Below, piece after piece: positions 29,601 through 38,801 of a stretch of DNA of 64,000 bases. The position numbers were made by a program, and so were the translations under genes. The stretch is taken from IMG/VR virus record IMGVR_UViG_3300009082_000018, positions 1 to 64,000 of that record; one strand, given 5' to 3'. The notes beneath the pieces were generated by a model. That model was not told where the DNA came from, did no database searches, and was given only the letters and a program-made list of their open reading frames with translations. Positions within the stretch are counted from its first letter, which is position 1, and each line of letters starts with the position of its first letter. The DNA is from a virus.

Positions 29601-30180
29601 AATCAGTTCCAATACTGGGTACCTTACAGAGATCGGAATTGCGATCATTTCTCTTCCTGGATCGTTGTCTTACAACAACATTCAGATCACCGAGAATTCA
29701 ATCATCGGTGATGCTGGCGTTTGGGTGAATTTGACCTTTGCCACTACCGACTACAGGAATGTTTCAGTCAATGGAAACTCACTCCAAACGTACACCTATG
29801 AGTCAATCGTAGTCACCAAGGTCAATGGGCTGGTGATTAGCAAGAACAACGCGCATTCGACAGCGGCCAAACACAATATCTACTGCCAAGACTGCACCAA
29901 GTCCACGATCACTGGAAACTACCTGCACACCATTGATGGTGCCACCATCTACAATGTCCATCTTGGATCTGCTGGCAATGTTGTCTACCTGGTTGGTAAC
30001 AATGTCTGTGACCGAAGTGGTGGCATTGTGGGCCAGTCGATCTTCACATCAGGTTCTGGTAACAGCCTAGTTCCTACTGGTGCGAATGGGCAGGGTCTGA
30101 TCTGTGATAACCTAATCAAAACTGCGTGTGTAGCAAACCCTGGGGACATGATACACGATACGAATACTTTGTTCCCATAG
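26608..30180 (+). CDS. Tail fibre/tailspike with right-handed beta-helix (putative depolymerase)
   Basis: ALQAAHDALPASGGRIFLKRGVY cap followed by many I(S/T)GN repeats. Confidence 0.8.
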   Translation: MPKALLTHANERIDKVDLDFAALFGRNTTNMAMRKLILDQQDRLVSGFRVELPDQTSNPGRVVIHGGYGLDRDGNLIFNEAQIDITRDIILEGSNTTFYLEVEFFEPISDVDARAFWDPTVDQGTDPSGDPKPYGQEFFANVAARKTPDWRIVQPVSTTGFQRDAGGTVSSTRIPLLKVATDALNEITLAVNVGLAVGPASTILLERISSTVLRVQEASFFFAGHLLTVDYGGAGAETATIATVDPETGVVTLTGALIGTPAPGAIIRGDTGATQFIEESKVGRYRRPSETNVIDYRDRMFQGDEVHGDILNRGHDSITDKTDLNLRSLKDYVDYLSAQIEDMKWGSHNPWDAGLAATRVPPGLQTALPTVPRHYHKSGGIMGARTAAITVGDGVNSWGDFNGNLETALQAAHDALPASGGRIFLKRGVYGLANDFDWTSTGSVVLEGEEGTQIVLGGGKIHIATTGSVTLKNLAIYGFTTYIGILVDTANPSGFVMQDVFCQDAAFNLNAVLPGTSTFRRVWFWGTIGAMASIPLFKITGANGTISGTFTECDFNHLTMISLSCSLIDCINGAPTAGLSAVNFQDCSFASALLNAESIHLGNSGNIIHFDRCLFWSWLTVVHVRMTGGTNVKFTNCVGMDNFAGFLAAENVDHLEVSGYLNNNAVAFPVIDLYDCSGVKIVDGDFAVSSGSSLGNACIKITSQNESLEDILIESNSMTGPSGANQALGILFVLNSAAARTIGNVKIIDNDFTNVEAGVYFANPLSAAVGIYRNVIITGNEFRGSTTGVAADSLKVGLLFGDRSQRQTVTISDNIFDGVNPDTTTLAGGIANRSAICILGTSNYQFRISGNQIYKVGATGFEIADTCGIYATQLGLSTIVDNVIQTVIGVAGFGIRIVTDISNSKISDNVIFGCTSSGGSGLQSYGWGIQAESALNVTITGNEIGACYGSGIFGIAIGGSSSTGSWVNVSITGNTATGTFAAQLRMVNLSAQTVSGITISSNTGYLTEIGIAIISLPGSLSYNNIQITENSIIGDAGVWVNLTFATTDYRNVSVNGNSLQTYTYESIVVTKVNGLVISKNNAHSTAAKHNIYCQDCTKSTITGNYLHTIDGATIYNVHLGSAGNVVYLVGNNVCDRSGGIVGQSIFTSGSGNSLVPTGANGQGLICDNLIKTACVANPGDMIHDTNTLFP

Positions 30181-30196
30181 CTATCGAGGAGTGACA

Positions 30197-30379
30197 ATGG
30201 TAACCGTATGGCCGCCAGTTGTACCAGAGAAGTGGGGTAGCAAAATTGAGGTTGAGGTAGTGGATGAGACACACGTCAAACTCAAGGATAAAGCAACGGG
30301 CCACGTGCTGATGACCTTGGACAAGGCTCAGTACGAATCTCAGGTGCATCCAGTGTTCGAAAACCACAACGGGAAATAG
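30197..30379 (+). CDS. Hypothetical protein
   Basis: GAGGAG RBS. Confidence 0.5.
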   Translation: MVTVWPPVVPEKWGSKIEVEVVDETHVKLKDKATGHVLMTLDKAQYESQVHPVFENHNGK

Positions 30380-30390
30380 AGGAGATCATC

Positions 30391-30987
30391 ATGAGAAATC
30401 TCATTGCAACGCTGATCTTGACCACGGCCCTGTCTCTCACACTGCCGGCGATGGCCCAGGCTCCTACGACACAACCTGCTGCAGCGGTCATCAAAACCTC
30501 TGTCTCTGCTCCGGCAGTCAAGACAGAGGTGCCTGCAGTCAAGACAGAAGCTCCTGCAGTCAAGACAGAAGCTCCTGCAACACAACCTGCTGTGTCGGCC
30601 ACCAAAACCGCAGAACCGACTCCGGAGCCAACCGTATCCGAGTGGTGGAAGGTTCTGCTCAAGCGCCTCATGGAGCTGGTTTTCACTATTCTTGGTATCA
30701 TGGCGACCGTCCTCGTCACCGTGCTAATGAAGAAGTACGGCTTCGAGAACTACTCCTCCAAGGTCAACGACATTCTCCTGAGAGGTACCGCCTACGCTGA
30801 ACAGATGAGTGTCAAGGCTGCCAAACTCAGTGGCAAGCCTTTGGCTGGAGCGGAGAAGATGGAACTGGCCCTCGGCTTCGTTACAGACATGGCCAAGCAG
30901 TACAAGCTGCCGGACAAGGGCAAGGAATTCTGGACCAAGAAGGTCGAGGGTTGGTTGGGTGTGCAGAATCAATCAAACGGAACCTAG
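30391..30987 (+). CDS. Holin-like (LL-H type) membrane protein with signal peptide and Pro/Thr linker
   Basis: Signal peptide ending AMA; TM helix; AYAEQ...GAEKMELA motif. Confidence 0.55.
   Translation: MRNLIATLILTTALSLTLPAMAQAPTTQPAAAVIKTSVSAPAVKTEVPAVKTEAPAVKTEAPATQPAVSATKTAEPTPEPTVSEWWKVLLKRLMELVFTILGIMATVLVTVLMKKYGFENYSSKVNDILLRGTAYAEQMSVKAAKLSGKPLAGAEKMELALGFVTDMAKQYKLPDKGKEFWTKKVEGWLGVQNQSNGT
30508..30579 (+). repeat. 21-bp (PAVKTE(A/V)) tandem repeat x3
   Basis: GCAGTCAAGACAGA repeated three times. Confidence 0.85.
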
Positions 30988-31054
30988 CGAAAAGGTACGG
31001 AGTAGCGGACAAAGAAGGTTGAAGGCTGGCTTGGAGTGAAATAGGACAGGTCTC

Positions 31055-32260
31055 ATGGCAGATCGATTCGCCAATGGTCTAAAGCTCACGGCAGCAACTG
31101 CGAGTCAGTGTGGGCGTACATTTTCACGCTGGCTCGTGGAGTGGCTTACCCAGGTCTGTGGTTGGGAAGTTTTTGACGTAGTATCTGGCACCGGCTGGAC
31201 CAACATTCTTTCATCTGGATCAGATGGTGCTACCAGCTCAACTTCCAACCAGTTCGTTTCGGCAACAGCTACGTTTGCTGCCGCTGATCTGGGTGGGTAC
31301 TTGACCATCACAGGGTTCACAGGTCGTTTTGTCTCTCGGAACGGAATCTATCGTATCCGCAAGATCATCAATGCGACAACTGTGGAGCTGGAAGTCGAAC
31401 GGTCAGTTCATGAAGACGGTTTTCCGGATGGACTCACTGGGCTGATCTGGAGGCTTTGGAGACCGGTTGCGACCTACGTTCCGACAGGAACTGACGTGAT
31501 CGTGCTCAAAGGTCGCGGCACCACTGGTAGTGGCTACGATTTCCATCTCCACGTTGCCAGCCGTTCGACAAACAGCTACTTTCCAGAGCTTCGCATGAGC
31601 CCGTTCGCCTCATGGAACAGCGGATCTCATAGCTGGAATGACAGTCGCTACACCAGTGCCATCGGGATCGACAATGCGAGCAACAGTCTGATCAATGTGG
31701 ATAATTGCCGAGTTTGGGGTGCTGCGGATGCCGATCGTTCTGTGATCATGTTCCGCACTGAGGATGACTACTTCGCCTGGCACTTTCTCTACTTGGGAGA
31801 GATCGATACGTTCTTCCCCAGCAGTGATCCTTGTCCGTGTGTTGCATGGGCTGGTAGTAACCCTGGCAATGCCACACCAGCCGGTGATGCTGTAACGTTG
31901 CTTGGATATGGGGCCGCAAGCAATATCAACGGTCGTGGGAACTGGCTCTCTTACGATGAGCTGACAACAATTGGTGCCTACCTAACCTTCTCGCACAGTC
32001 CGTATTCGTCGGAAGCGCACTGGTTGGCAGAGGGTCGTCGTAGATTCTCGACACCAACTCGAAGGAACTACTTGTTGGATCTCGTGTGCGAAAGTCGCAC
32101 GAGTGGGCATATGGAATTTCGTGGCAAACTTCGTCGTGTTTGGATATCTGGTCGCGATCACCAACGAGAGACTCCCTTCGGTGCGAATAGCGAGTATCTG
32201 CACATTATAGGTGGCATCACAATTCCTTGGTTCAATACCAAGGTTTGGTATCAGGTGTAG
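31055..32260 (+). CDS. Accessory tail protein, paralog 1
   Basis: Shares NGIYxI domain and ESRTSGHMExRG...HIxGG C-terminus with paralog 2. Confidence 0.65.
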   Translation: MADRFANGLKLTAATASQCGRTFSRWLVEWLTQVCGWEVFDVVSGTGWTNILSSGSDGATSSTSNQFVSATATFAAADLGGYLTITGFTGRFVSRNGIYRIRKIINATTVELEVERSVHEDGFPDGLTGLIWRLWRPVATYVPTGTDVIVLKGRGTTGSGYDFHLHVASRSTNSYFPELRMSPFASWNSGSHSWNDSRYTSAIGIDNASNSLINVDNCRVWGAADADRSVIMFRTEDDYFAWHFLYLGEIDTFFPSSDPCPCVAWAGSNPGNATPAGDAVTLLGYGAASNINGRGNWLSYDELTTIGAYLTFSHSPYSSEAHWLAEGRRRFSTPTRRNYLLDLVCESRTSGHMEFRGKLRRVWISGRDHQRETPFGANSEYLHIIGGITIPWFNTKVWYQV

Positions 32261-32261
32261 C

Positions 32262-32510
32262 ATGGACGAGAACGAGCGTAGAACGTTGATCACTGACTCC
32301 ATCTGGTGGTGGTTGCCTGCACGGTGGGAGAATGCAGGTTCCTGGTACGAGGTTCTGCGCTATGAGTTGGTGGAGGAAGGGGTTGACGTGTACGTCACCA
32401 AGGATTCTGGTTCGGAGGTAGCAGTCAGGTTTGTTAACGACGAGTGTTTGGGTGAATTGAAGATTCTTCCCGAATCCGCTCGTGGGCGCATCTACGATGA
32501 GGTGGTTTGA
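32262..32510 (+). CDS. Hypothetical protein
   Basis: ATG right after previous stop; overlaps next start. Confidence 0.5.
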   Translation: MDENERRTLITDSIWWWLPARWENAGSWYEVLRYELVEEGVDVYVTKDSGSEVAVRFVNDECLGELKILPESARGRIYDEVV

Positions 32511-34027
32511 TGGCAAGCGAACGTAGGTGGCAAACAGGACTGTACTTGGCTGATCCTAGTGGTTACACATTCAATGGAATGCCAAGTAATGCTCTGTATC
32601 GATGGTTGTTTGAGTTCTTGGTGAAAGTGGTTGGTTGGACCGACGTTGATTCAGATGATGCCAAGTGGGACAACGTTGCGGCCTCTGGAGTGGATGGGGC
32701 CACCGACGCAGTTCTCACAGATCGATTCATTTCTGCATCAGCATCCTTCACCCAAGCTGATGTTGGAGCTTACCTAACTATTACGGGTATTGCTTCTCCA
32801 AATGAAGAACGAAATGGGATCTATCTGATAAGTGCTTTTGTCAACTCCACTACTGTTGTGTTGAATACAAACCTTGGAGTCCATTCCGATGGACTGCCAG
32901 TTGGGTTGTCTGGTTTGAGTTGGAGAAAGTGGCTACTTAACAGCACTACTGCTTATGTTCCTGCTTACAATGCGGTCAGTGTTGTAGCCGGAAGGGGAAA
33001 GACCGGAGCAGGGTTGAAGGACGCAGTGGGTCCGATTGGAACAGCTAGTTTTAGCATCTCAGGATCAACTGTGACTTTGGCTGACACTGGGGCTACCTTC
33101 CAGGCGTCAGATGTTGGCAAGGATGTTGTTATCGAGAATGCCACCACGCCAGGCAATAACGGTACCTACACGATCACTGCTTGGCTGTCCGCTACCCAGA
33201 TTCAGTACACTAATGCGTCTGGCGCAACTGAAGCATTTGGTGGATCTACCACCTGGAAGATCAGGTACACCTTTCATTTGCACATCCAGGTAGCCACAGG
33301 ATCGGCCAGCGACCCAACTCCCATGGGTGGGTTTACCATCTCCCCATGGCCTACTTGGAATGCAGGCACGAATTCTTGGAGTGATAGTAGGCACACAGCT
33401 CAGTATATACAGTCATTCCCTCAGCTTCTGGACAGACTTCAAACTACTCAGGTGTGGGCTGTTGCAGACATGGATTGCGTGACAATCTATGCAAGAACAG
33501 TAGAGACCTATTACGGGTGGTCACAATCCCACATCTTGTACCAATTCGGGGAACTTGATACGTTCTATCCTGCTCAAGACCCTCGACCTGTCATGATGAT
33601 GGTGTCTCGTTCCCAGGCAGATTATAAAGACGCAATTGGAACGAGTGCTACTTGGTCAGCCTCTCCGTCTGGAAACATTAGGATGATGAGCTGGGATGAT
33701 GTAACCAGTCTAACTGCGTATTTGATGTTCCCCCATTGTCCCTATTCGTCTGATTACAACTGGACTGCCGGACATCGAAGGCATAAGTCTCAGTTCAGCC
33801 ATAAGTTGTATCGACTGCCACTAATTGTCGAGAGCAGAACAAGTGGGCACATGGAGCTTAGGGGTACGCTTAGGCACATACAGCGTACAAACACGAATCA
33901 ACCGTTCTCACTGATGCCCATCGGAGCTACACATTCCTTGATACACATTGTTGGGGGTTTGTTACTTCCCTGGCATGGTGGGAAGCAATGGTATGAGTTT
34001 GGTGGTAGATCAAATGGCTCAAGCTAG
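32507..34027 (+). CDS. Accessory tail protein, paralog 2
   Basis: Two DVG...NG-Y-I domains; C-terminus like paralog 1. Confidence 0.65.
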   Translation: MMASERRWQTGLYLADPSGYTFNGMPSNALYRWLFEFLVKVVGWTDVDSDDAKWDNVAASGVDGATDAVLTDRFISASASFTQADVGAYLTITGIASPNEERNGIYLISAFVNSTTVVLNTNLGVHSDGLPVGLSGLSWRKWLLNSTTAYVPAYNAVSVVAGRGKTGAGLKDAVGPIGTASFSISGSTVTLADTGATFQASDVGKDVVIENATTPGNNGTYTITAWLSATQIQYTNASGATEAFGGSTTWKIRYTFHLHIQVATGSASDPTPMGGFTISPWPTWNAGTNSWSDSRHTAQYIQSFPQLLDRLQTTQVWAVADMDCVTIYARTVETYYGWSQSHILYQFGELDTFYPAQDPRPVMMMVSRSQADYKDAIGTSATWSASPSGNIRMMSWDDVTSLTAYLMFPHCPYSSDYNWTAGHRRHKSQFSHKLYRLPLIVESRTSGHMELRGTLRHIQRTNTNQPFSLMPIGATHSLIHIVGGLLLPWHGGKQWYEFGGRSNGSS

Positions 34028-34036
34028 AGGTGACCT

Positions 34037-35275
34037 ATGACTAGCCGTTGGCTCAGAGAAGTTGATTGCCTTCAAGGTCCTACCCTCAGCCAGAGTTGGG
34101 GCATGAAGGCCACCGCCATCTTCCTTCAGAACGTGATGGGGTACACTTTCCAATCAACCAACTGTGGAGCTGGAAGAAGTTGGGTATCCACTGAAAAGAA
34201 CGGAACCAATGGTTCTTTTGGTGGTAGTGATTGGATTTTCACAGAGTCCTCTTCAGAGCCTTTCAGCACGTCTGATGCCGATAAGTATCTCGTGGTCAGG
34301 GATGATACCAACCCGCGTAATGGAGGCATCTACAGAATCAGACGCTACATATCATCCACACAGGTCGAGATAGATTTCAAATCGGATTTCTATTATGAGT
34401 GGCCGACAGCTAGCACAGGGATATCCTGGTGGGTCGTAGCACGAACCTATGAGCTTCCCAGTGCACATGGAGATCAGGTACGACTCCAATCCCGGCATTC
34501 AACCGGTTGGGCTGTAGAGCTGAACTACCACTCCACCTACAATGCTGTGTGGGTGAGGGTCGCAGTTACCGGAGATTGGGGCGGAAAGGTCATAACCAGC
34601 GGATCGCCTTCCTTGGGGTACGGTTTTACGACCACAAGCAGTAGTTGTGGTGCCATTTGGAATGCCGAGGGCGATTATGACGGAGAGTGGCTACATCTGT
34701 GGCTTAAACAAGTAGACTACAACACGAGTTTCGATGAAAGTGTGGGCGGTGTTTGTGGCGGCATCATGATATCCAGAATTGATCCAATCGAGTCGGGTCA
34801 TTCTTCAGATGAACTACTTGTAGTCTGCGGAAACACAAACGCTGGGTTCCTTACTGCGTGGCTTCAAAATGGATTCAACCGAAGCACGGATGATCGATCC
34901 AGTGGTCACGTAGCTGCTTGGAGCGATAATCTTAACAGTGTCCTCGATGGTTACATGCTCGAGTCCACTGCTGCGGGTTGGGGTAACGGTTTCTCCCATA
35001 ACTACTACAGACAACCAAATCGACGTATCGGCAACAAAATTGAGTTGGTACAAGGCACAATAGTGATCCTTGATCCAAATAATGTCAAAGCAAGTTATCA
35101 AATTTTGGGCAGGATCAAAGGTCACTACACTTCAAGAGCCTTTTGTTCTGGGTTGGGCCGATATGGAACTATTGGCTATAGACACCTACCGTTGACCAAG
35201 GATTCAAGCAAAGACCTGTTGATGATCCAGGATGGCTGGATTATTGCTTGGCCTGGCGTGACACCACAAGTCTGA
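34037..35275 (+). CDS. Accessory tail protein, paralog 3
   Basis: WLRE N-term; GWAVE...RVAVTGDW; ends WPGVTPQ. Confidence 0.65.
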   Translation: MTSRWLREVDCLQGPTLSQSWGMKATAIFLQNVMGYTFQSTNCGAGRSWVSTEKNGTNGSFGGSDWIFTESSSEPFSTSDADKYLVVRDDTNPRNGGIYRIRRYISSTQVEIDFKSDFYYEWPTASTGISWWVVARTYELPSAHGDQVRLQSRHSTGWAVELNYHSTYNAVWVRVAVTGDWGGKVITSGSPSLGYGFTTTSSSCGAIWNAEGDYDGEWLHLWLKQVDYNTSFDESVGGVCGGIMISRIDPIESGHSSDELLVVCGNTNAGFLTAWLQNGFNRSTDDRSSGHVAAWSDNLNSVLDGYMLESTAAGWGNGFSHNYYRQPNRRIGNKIELVQGTIVILDPNNVKASYQILGRIKGHYTSRAFCSGLGRYGTIGYRHLPLTKDSSKDLLMIQDGWIIAWPGVTPQV

Positions 35276-35287
35276 GAGGGTAATTGC

Positions 35288-36916
35288 GTGGCCACCAAGT
35301 GGATCAGAGAGCTTACCTCTGCGACAACCGGTACCAACACCGGCATCCCATTCGCTTTGAGGGCCATAGTAGGGTTCTTGGTTAATGCCCTCGGGTTCTC
35401 CCTTGATAGTTCTTCAGATCCCCCCACAACAGGAAGTGGCTCTTGGGCCAGTGCTGGCGGTGGAAACTGGACTCTCACTGCCACAGGTGGTGATTTCACT
35501 TCTTACGATGTTGGAGGACTCGTAACCATAGCTGGGTCTACTGCCCAAAACAACGGTTCATGGACTATAGTCTCAGTCGCCAGCAGAACAAGCTTGGTGT
35601 ACTACAATCCAACTGTTGGAGCTACCAACGGTTCCGGTACATGGACCAGCACAGGGACAGGCACTTGGACAAGCTACAATCCAGGTGCTGGTTCGAATGG
35701 GGCGTTCTCTGGGACTGACAAGAACTTTGTGGATTCAACAGCCGGTGCCTTTCTGGCTGGTCATGTTGGGTACTGGATTCTCATAGATGGTGCCAACGCC
35801 GGATGGTACAAGATCACAGGCTATGTTGATGCCAACACTGTGACCATCGATTACAGATCTGGCGCTACGGAATACCCACCAAGTGATTCTGGGATAACTT
35901 GGCATTTGCTTCAAGATGGCTACTTCATCCCGACACGTTCCGGGGCATATGCTCAGCTTACTACTCCCCATGCAAATGGATGGGCTATTGAGTTCAAGTA
36001 CACCAACTTTGCTTTCCATCAGGTCAGTATTCGTGTGGCCACAGATGGCAATTGGGCTGGTAGCAAGATTCTCGGTCCTGTGTACTTCGGCTGTGCTGAT
36101 AGCAAAACCAATTGGTTCTATCTAGCAGCCGAAGACGATGGGTCTGCTCTACATGTTATGACTCATCAAGCAACTGACAATCGATATAATGGAGCTTTTG
36201 TCTGCAACATTACCCCCTACGACACTGGTCACACGAGTGACGAGAAAGTTAGTTTGTGGGGAAATAGCGGATCATCAATAACTGATGCCGACAACGGGAA
36301 TCTCAACCACAACTACGACAGCAAGCGAGTAGGAAATGGTTACTGGTGGAAGGAGTGGGCGCAAGCTGTCAGATCTGTCTACATGGTTGCCTCCACCTAC
36401 GCTGGGTACGCCAATGGGCTGGAGAAGTGGTCCTCTCGCGAGAAGAATCGGCGACTGAGTGGTAGCGGATCTGGTACGGGAGACAGTTTCTCGAAGACTG
36501 GATCAACAATCACTTTGACAGACGCTGGGGCTGCCTGGGTTGTCAGCGATGTCGGGAAGACAATCAAGATCAGCGGGGCAACTACGTCTGGGAATAACGG
36601 GCTCTTTGTGATCACGTCTAGAATCAGCGGCACACAGATCACCTACGAGAATGCTAGTGGGGCTACAGAGGCGTTTGCTGGTACGTGGGCCATTGCTGAT
36701 TTCCAAGATGTGTTGGTTGGAACCACGGTTGTTCGCGATGAGAACAACACGACGGCTGAGTATGAGCTGGTTGGGCGTCTGCAAGGACATTACGGAGTGA
36801 GGGCATCGATCGGTAACAAGACAGCCTTCAGCGATTCAGCCCCTCATGCCTTGGACAAGTTCCACATGGCTGACGGTTTCGCCTTTGATTGGCCTGGCGT
36901 AACCCCACAACACTAA
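35288..36916 (+). CDS. Accessory tail protein, paralog 4
   Basis: WIRE N-term; GWAIE...RVATDGNW; ends WPGVTPQ. Confidence 0.65.
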   Translation: MATKWIRELTSATTGTNTGIPFALRAIVGFLVNALGFSLDSSSDPPTTGSGSWASAGGGNWTLTATGGDFTSYDVGGLVTIAGSTAQNNGSWTIVSVASRTSLVYYNPTVGATNGSGTWTSTGTGTWTSYNPGAGSNGAFSGTDKNFVDSTAGAFLAGHVGYWILIDGANAGWYKITGYVDANTVTIDYRSGATEYPPSDSGITWHLLQDGYFIPTRSGAYAQLTTPHANGWAIEFKYTNFAFHQVSIRVATDGNWAGSKILGPVYFGCADSKTNWFYLAAEDDGSALHVMTHQATDNRYNGAFVCNITPYDTGHTSDEKVSLWGNSGSSITDADNGNLNHNYDSKRVGNGYWWKEWAQAVRSVYMVASTYAGYANGLEKWSSREKNRRLSGSGSGTGDSFSKTGSTITLTDAGAAWVVSDVGKTIKISGATTSGNNGLFVITSRISGTQITYENASGATEAFAGTWAIADFQDVLVGTTVVRDENNTTAEYELVGRLQGHYGVRASIGNKTAFSDSAPHALDKFHMADGFAFDWPGVTPQH

Positions 36917-36921
36917 ACACA

Positions 36922-38064
36922 ATGGCTATCACTATTGACATTCAACTTGAGGTCCGTAACCAACCTGTCCATGAGGCATTCAACAACACGTGGGTGGTTG
37001 TAGATCAGCATCCCATTGATGTCGATCTGGTCCGTAACCAACCTGTTCACGAAGCCTACAACAACCCGTGGGTGGTTGTAGATCAGCATCCCATTGATGT
37101 CGATCTGGTTCGTAATCAACCTGTCCATGCGTGGGCTGTAGCAGCAGAGATAGAGCCCGAAATAGGCTCTGAGCCTGAGCCTTCGTCGGATCCGTATGTT
37201 GTTGAAAATCTGCTCAATCCAGCTCCGGGGGCTGTGGATGTTGGTGTCGCCGGCCCCTATTTGTTAGTGGTCGGTGATGCGATCTCCACAATGGAAGTTC
37301 CTACAATCGAAATTGGGAGGGTACCAACTACAGCTCCAGATCCTATCATCGGCATTGATCCTGACAAGACTGCAATCTCAGTGAGCATCAATGGAGGATC
37401 ACCAGTTGATATATTCTCTGGAGGTATCCCACACGCCGGTTGGTCAGTAGTTTCTGCTGTCAATGACTATGCTGGAGTGAATCGCGGCATACAGGGTGTA
37501 GGAAGGAACTACACCCTAACTCCAGGAGTCTCTCTTCCGGGTAATGCTCTGGTTGAGATGCTTGTTGAGCTTGTCGATTACGGAAACAACTACTCATACT
37601 ATGTTTGGACGTTCCGCACTGAGGCCCCGAGTATAGCAAAGATCAAAGAGATCTTTGTTATTTCGGAAGATCTTCTGCAAATCGAATTCACCCAAGATCT
37701 GGCTGTCATCGATAGCTACTTTGATCTCACCAGCTTCAGCATCACACCTTTGGGCGGGGCAGCAGATGTTTTCATCGAAGGAGTTCTGACTCCCATCGGG
37801 GCAAAGACGCCCTACCTATTCTTGAAGATCAAAGGTCTTCGATTCGGAAGCCAGTATCAATTCAATGTCTCCTTCCAAAAGCTTCACTCTTCAGATGGTA
37901 GCTGGGTCGCCCCTCAAAGTGGTGCATGGCTCATGCGACGGACCAAGGTCGATTCAATGAGAGCCAGCTTGGCCAGGTTCTACGATACGAGGTCTCGCGG
38001 CCTCATCCGAGGTCTCATTGAGGCCATCATGATCTCTGATGAGAAAATTGGTGGTGACTTCTAA
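36922..38064 (+). CDS. Ig-like domain virion protein
   Basis: PAPGAVDV...WTFRT Big-like motifs; C-terminus shared with 41170-41715. Confidence 0.55.
   Translation: MAITIDIQLEVRNQPVHEAFNNTWVVVDQHPIDVDLVRNQPVHEAYNNPWVVVDQHPIDVDLVRNQPVHAWAVAAEIEPEIGSEPEPSSDPYVVENLLNPAPGAVDVGVAGPYLLVVGDAISTMEVPTIEIGRVPTTAPDPIIGIDPDKTAISVSINGGSPVDIFSGGIPHAGWSVVSAVNDYAGVNRGIQGVGRNYTLTPGVSLPGNALVEMLVELVDYGNNYSYYVWTFRTEAPSIAKIKEIFVISEDLLQIEFTQDLAVIDSYFDLTSFSITPLGGAADVFIEGVLTPIGAKTPYLFLKIKGLRFGSQYQFNVSFQKLHSSDGSWVAPQSGAWLMRRTKVDSMRASLARFYDTRSRGLIRGLIEAIMISDEKIGGDF
36951..37128 (+). repeat. 78-bp (26-aa) tandem repeat, about 2.3 copies
   Basis: VRNQPVHEAxNNxWVVVDQHPIDVDL at 36952, 37030 and partially at 37108. Confidence 0.9.
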
Positions 38065-38104
38065 TGATCCTCACAGGAATCACTGAAGCATAGGAGTGTA
38101 GATC

Positions 38105-38791
38105 ATGGCTGTTCCTGCCGTAACCTGTGCAGCGAAGATTACCAAGCCTTGGAACGATGGCGATGGACTGACCAGTGCGTCTCTATCCGCGACCGCTACT
38201 GGTTCACCCACGAGCTGGACCTGGACGATTCTCTGGGTGCCGGTGGGGCTCGAGACGTTGTTGTCTGGCGCCCATGGTGATTTCACCGATGGAGTTGCCA
38301 CGACCGGACCGGGTGGGTCTTCGGCTGTGCTGCTGGCCGACATCCCGTCCGACATCGTCGGCGGCACGATCGTGATCCAGGCCGTGGCGACCAACGGCGA
38401 GGGTCCGAGCGTCCCGACCACCGACAAGAAGAACGGGCAACAGTGCGTGGTGATCGAGACCGAGCTTCTCGCGCTCCCGCTTCCCGGCGACAAGCAGTAC
38501 TCATGGGGCGAGGCGCAGCTTCGCGAGGTGCTGACCAAGCTCGAGACGGCGGCCAGTGAGGGCGGAGGAGGAGGAACCGACGAGCACGCGATCCACGACA
38601 ACGTGGACGATGAGATCGTTGCGATCACAGAGGAAGAATCGCCCGGGATGACCGATCTGCTCCTGCTTGAGAAGGCGACGGGAGAAAAGCGGCGGCTACA
38701 GATCATCAATCTGCCGATCCTGAAGCCGGTCAGCGTGACGGGCGGGTACACGGCGGACTACTGGGACTGTGCCTCGGTCAGCGTGGCATAG
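38105..38791 (+). CDS. PKD/Ig-like virion protein
   Basis: TGSPTSWTW...VATNGEG motif. Confidence 0.55.
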   Translation: MAVPAVTCAAKITKPWNDGDGLTSASLSATATGSPTSWTWTILWVPVGLETLLSGAHGDFTDGVATTGPGGSSAVLLADIPSDIVGGTIVIQAVATNGEGPSVPTTDKKNGQQCVVIETELLALPLPGDKQYSWGEAQLREVLTKLETAASEGGGGGTDEHAIHDNVDDEIVAITEEESPGMTDLLLLEKATGEKRRLQIINLPILKPVSVTGGYTADYWDCASVSVA

Positions 38792-38801
38792 GAGCTTCGC
38801 C

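Noticed and set aside
36951-37128. CRISPR or DGR template/variable repeat
   Set aside because: In-frame coding tandem repeat without spacers; differences are not adenine-specific; no reverse transcriptase in the window
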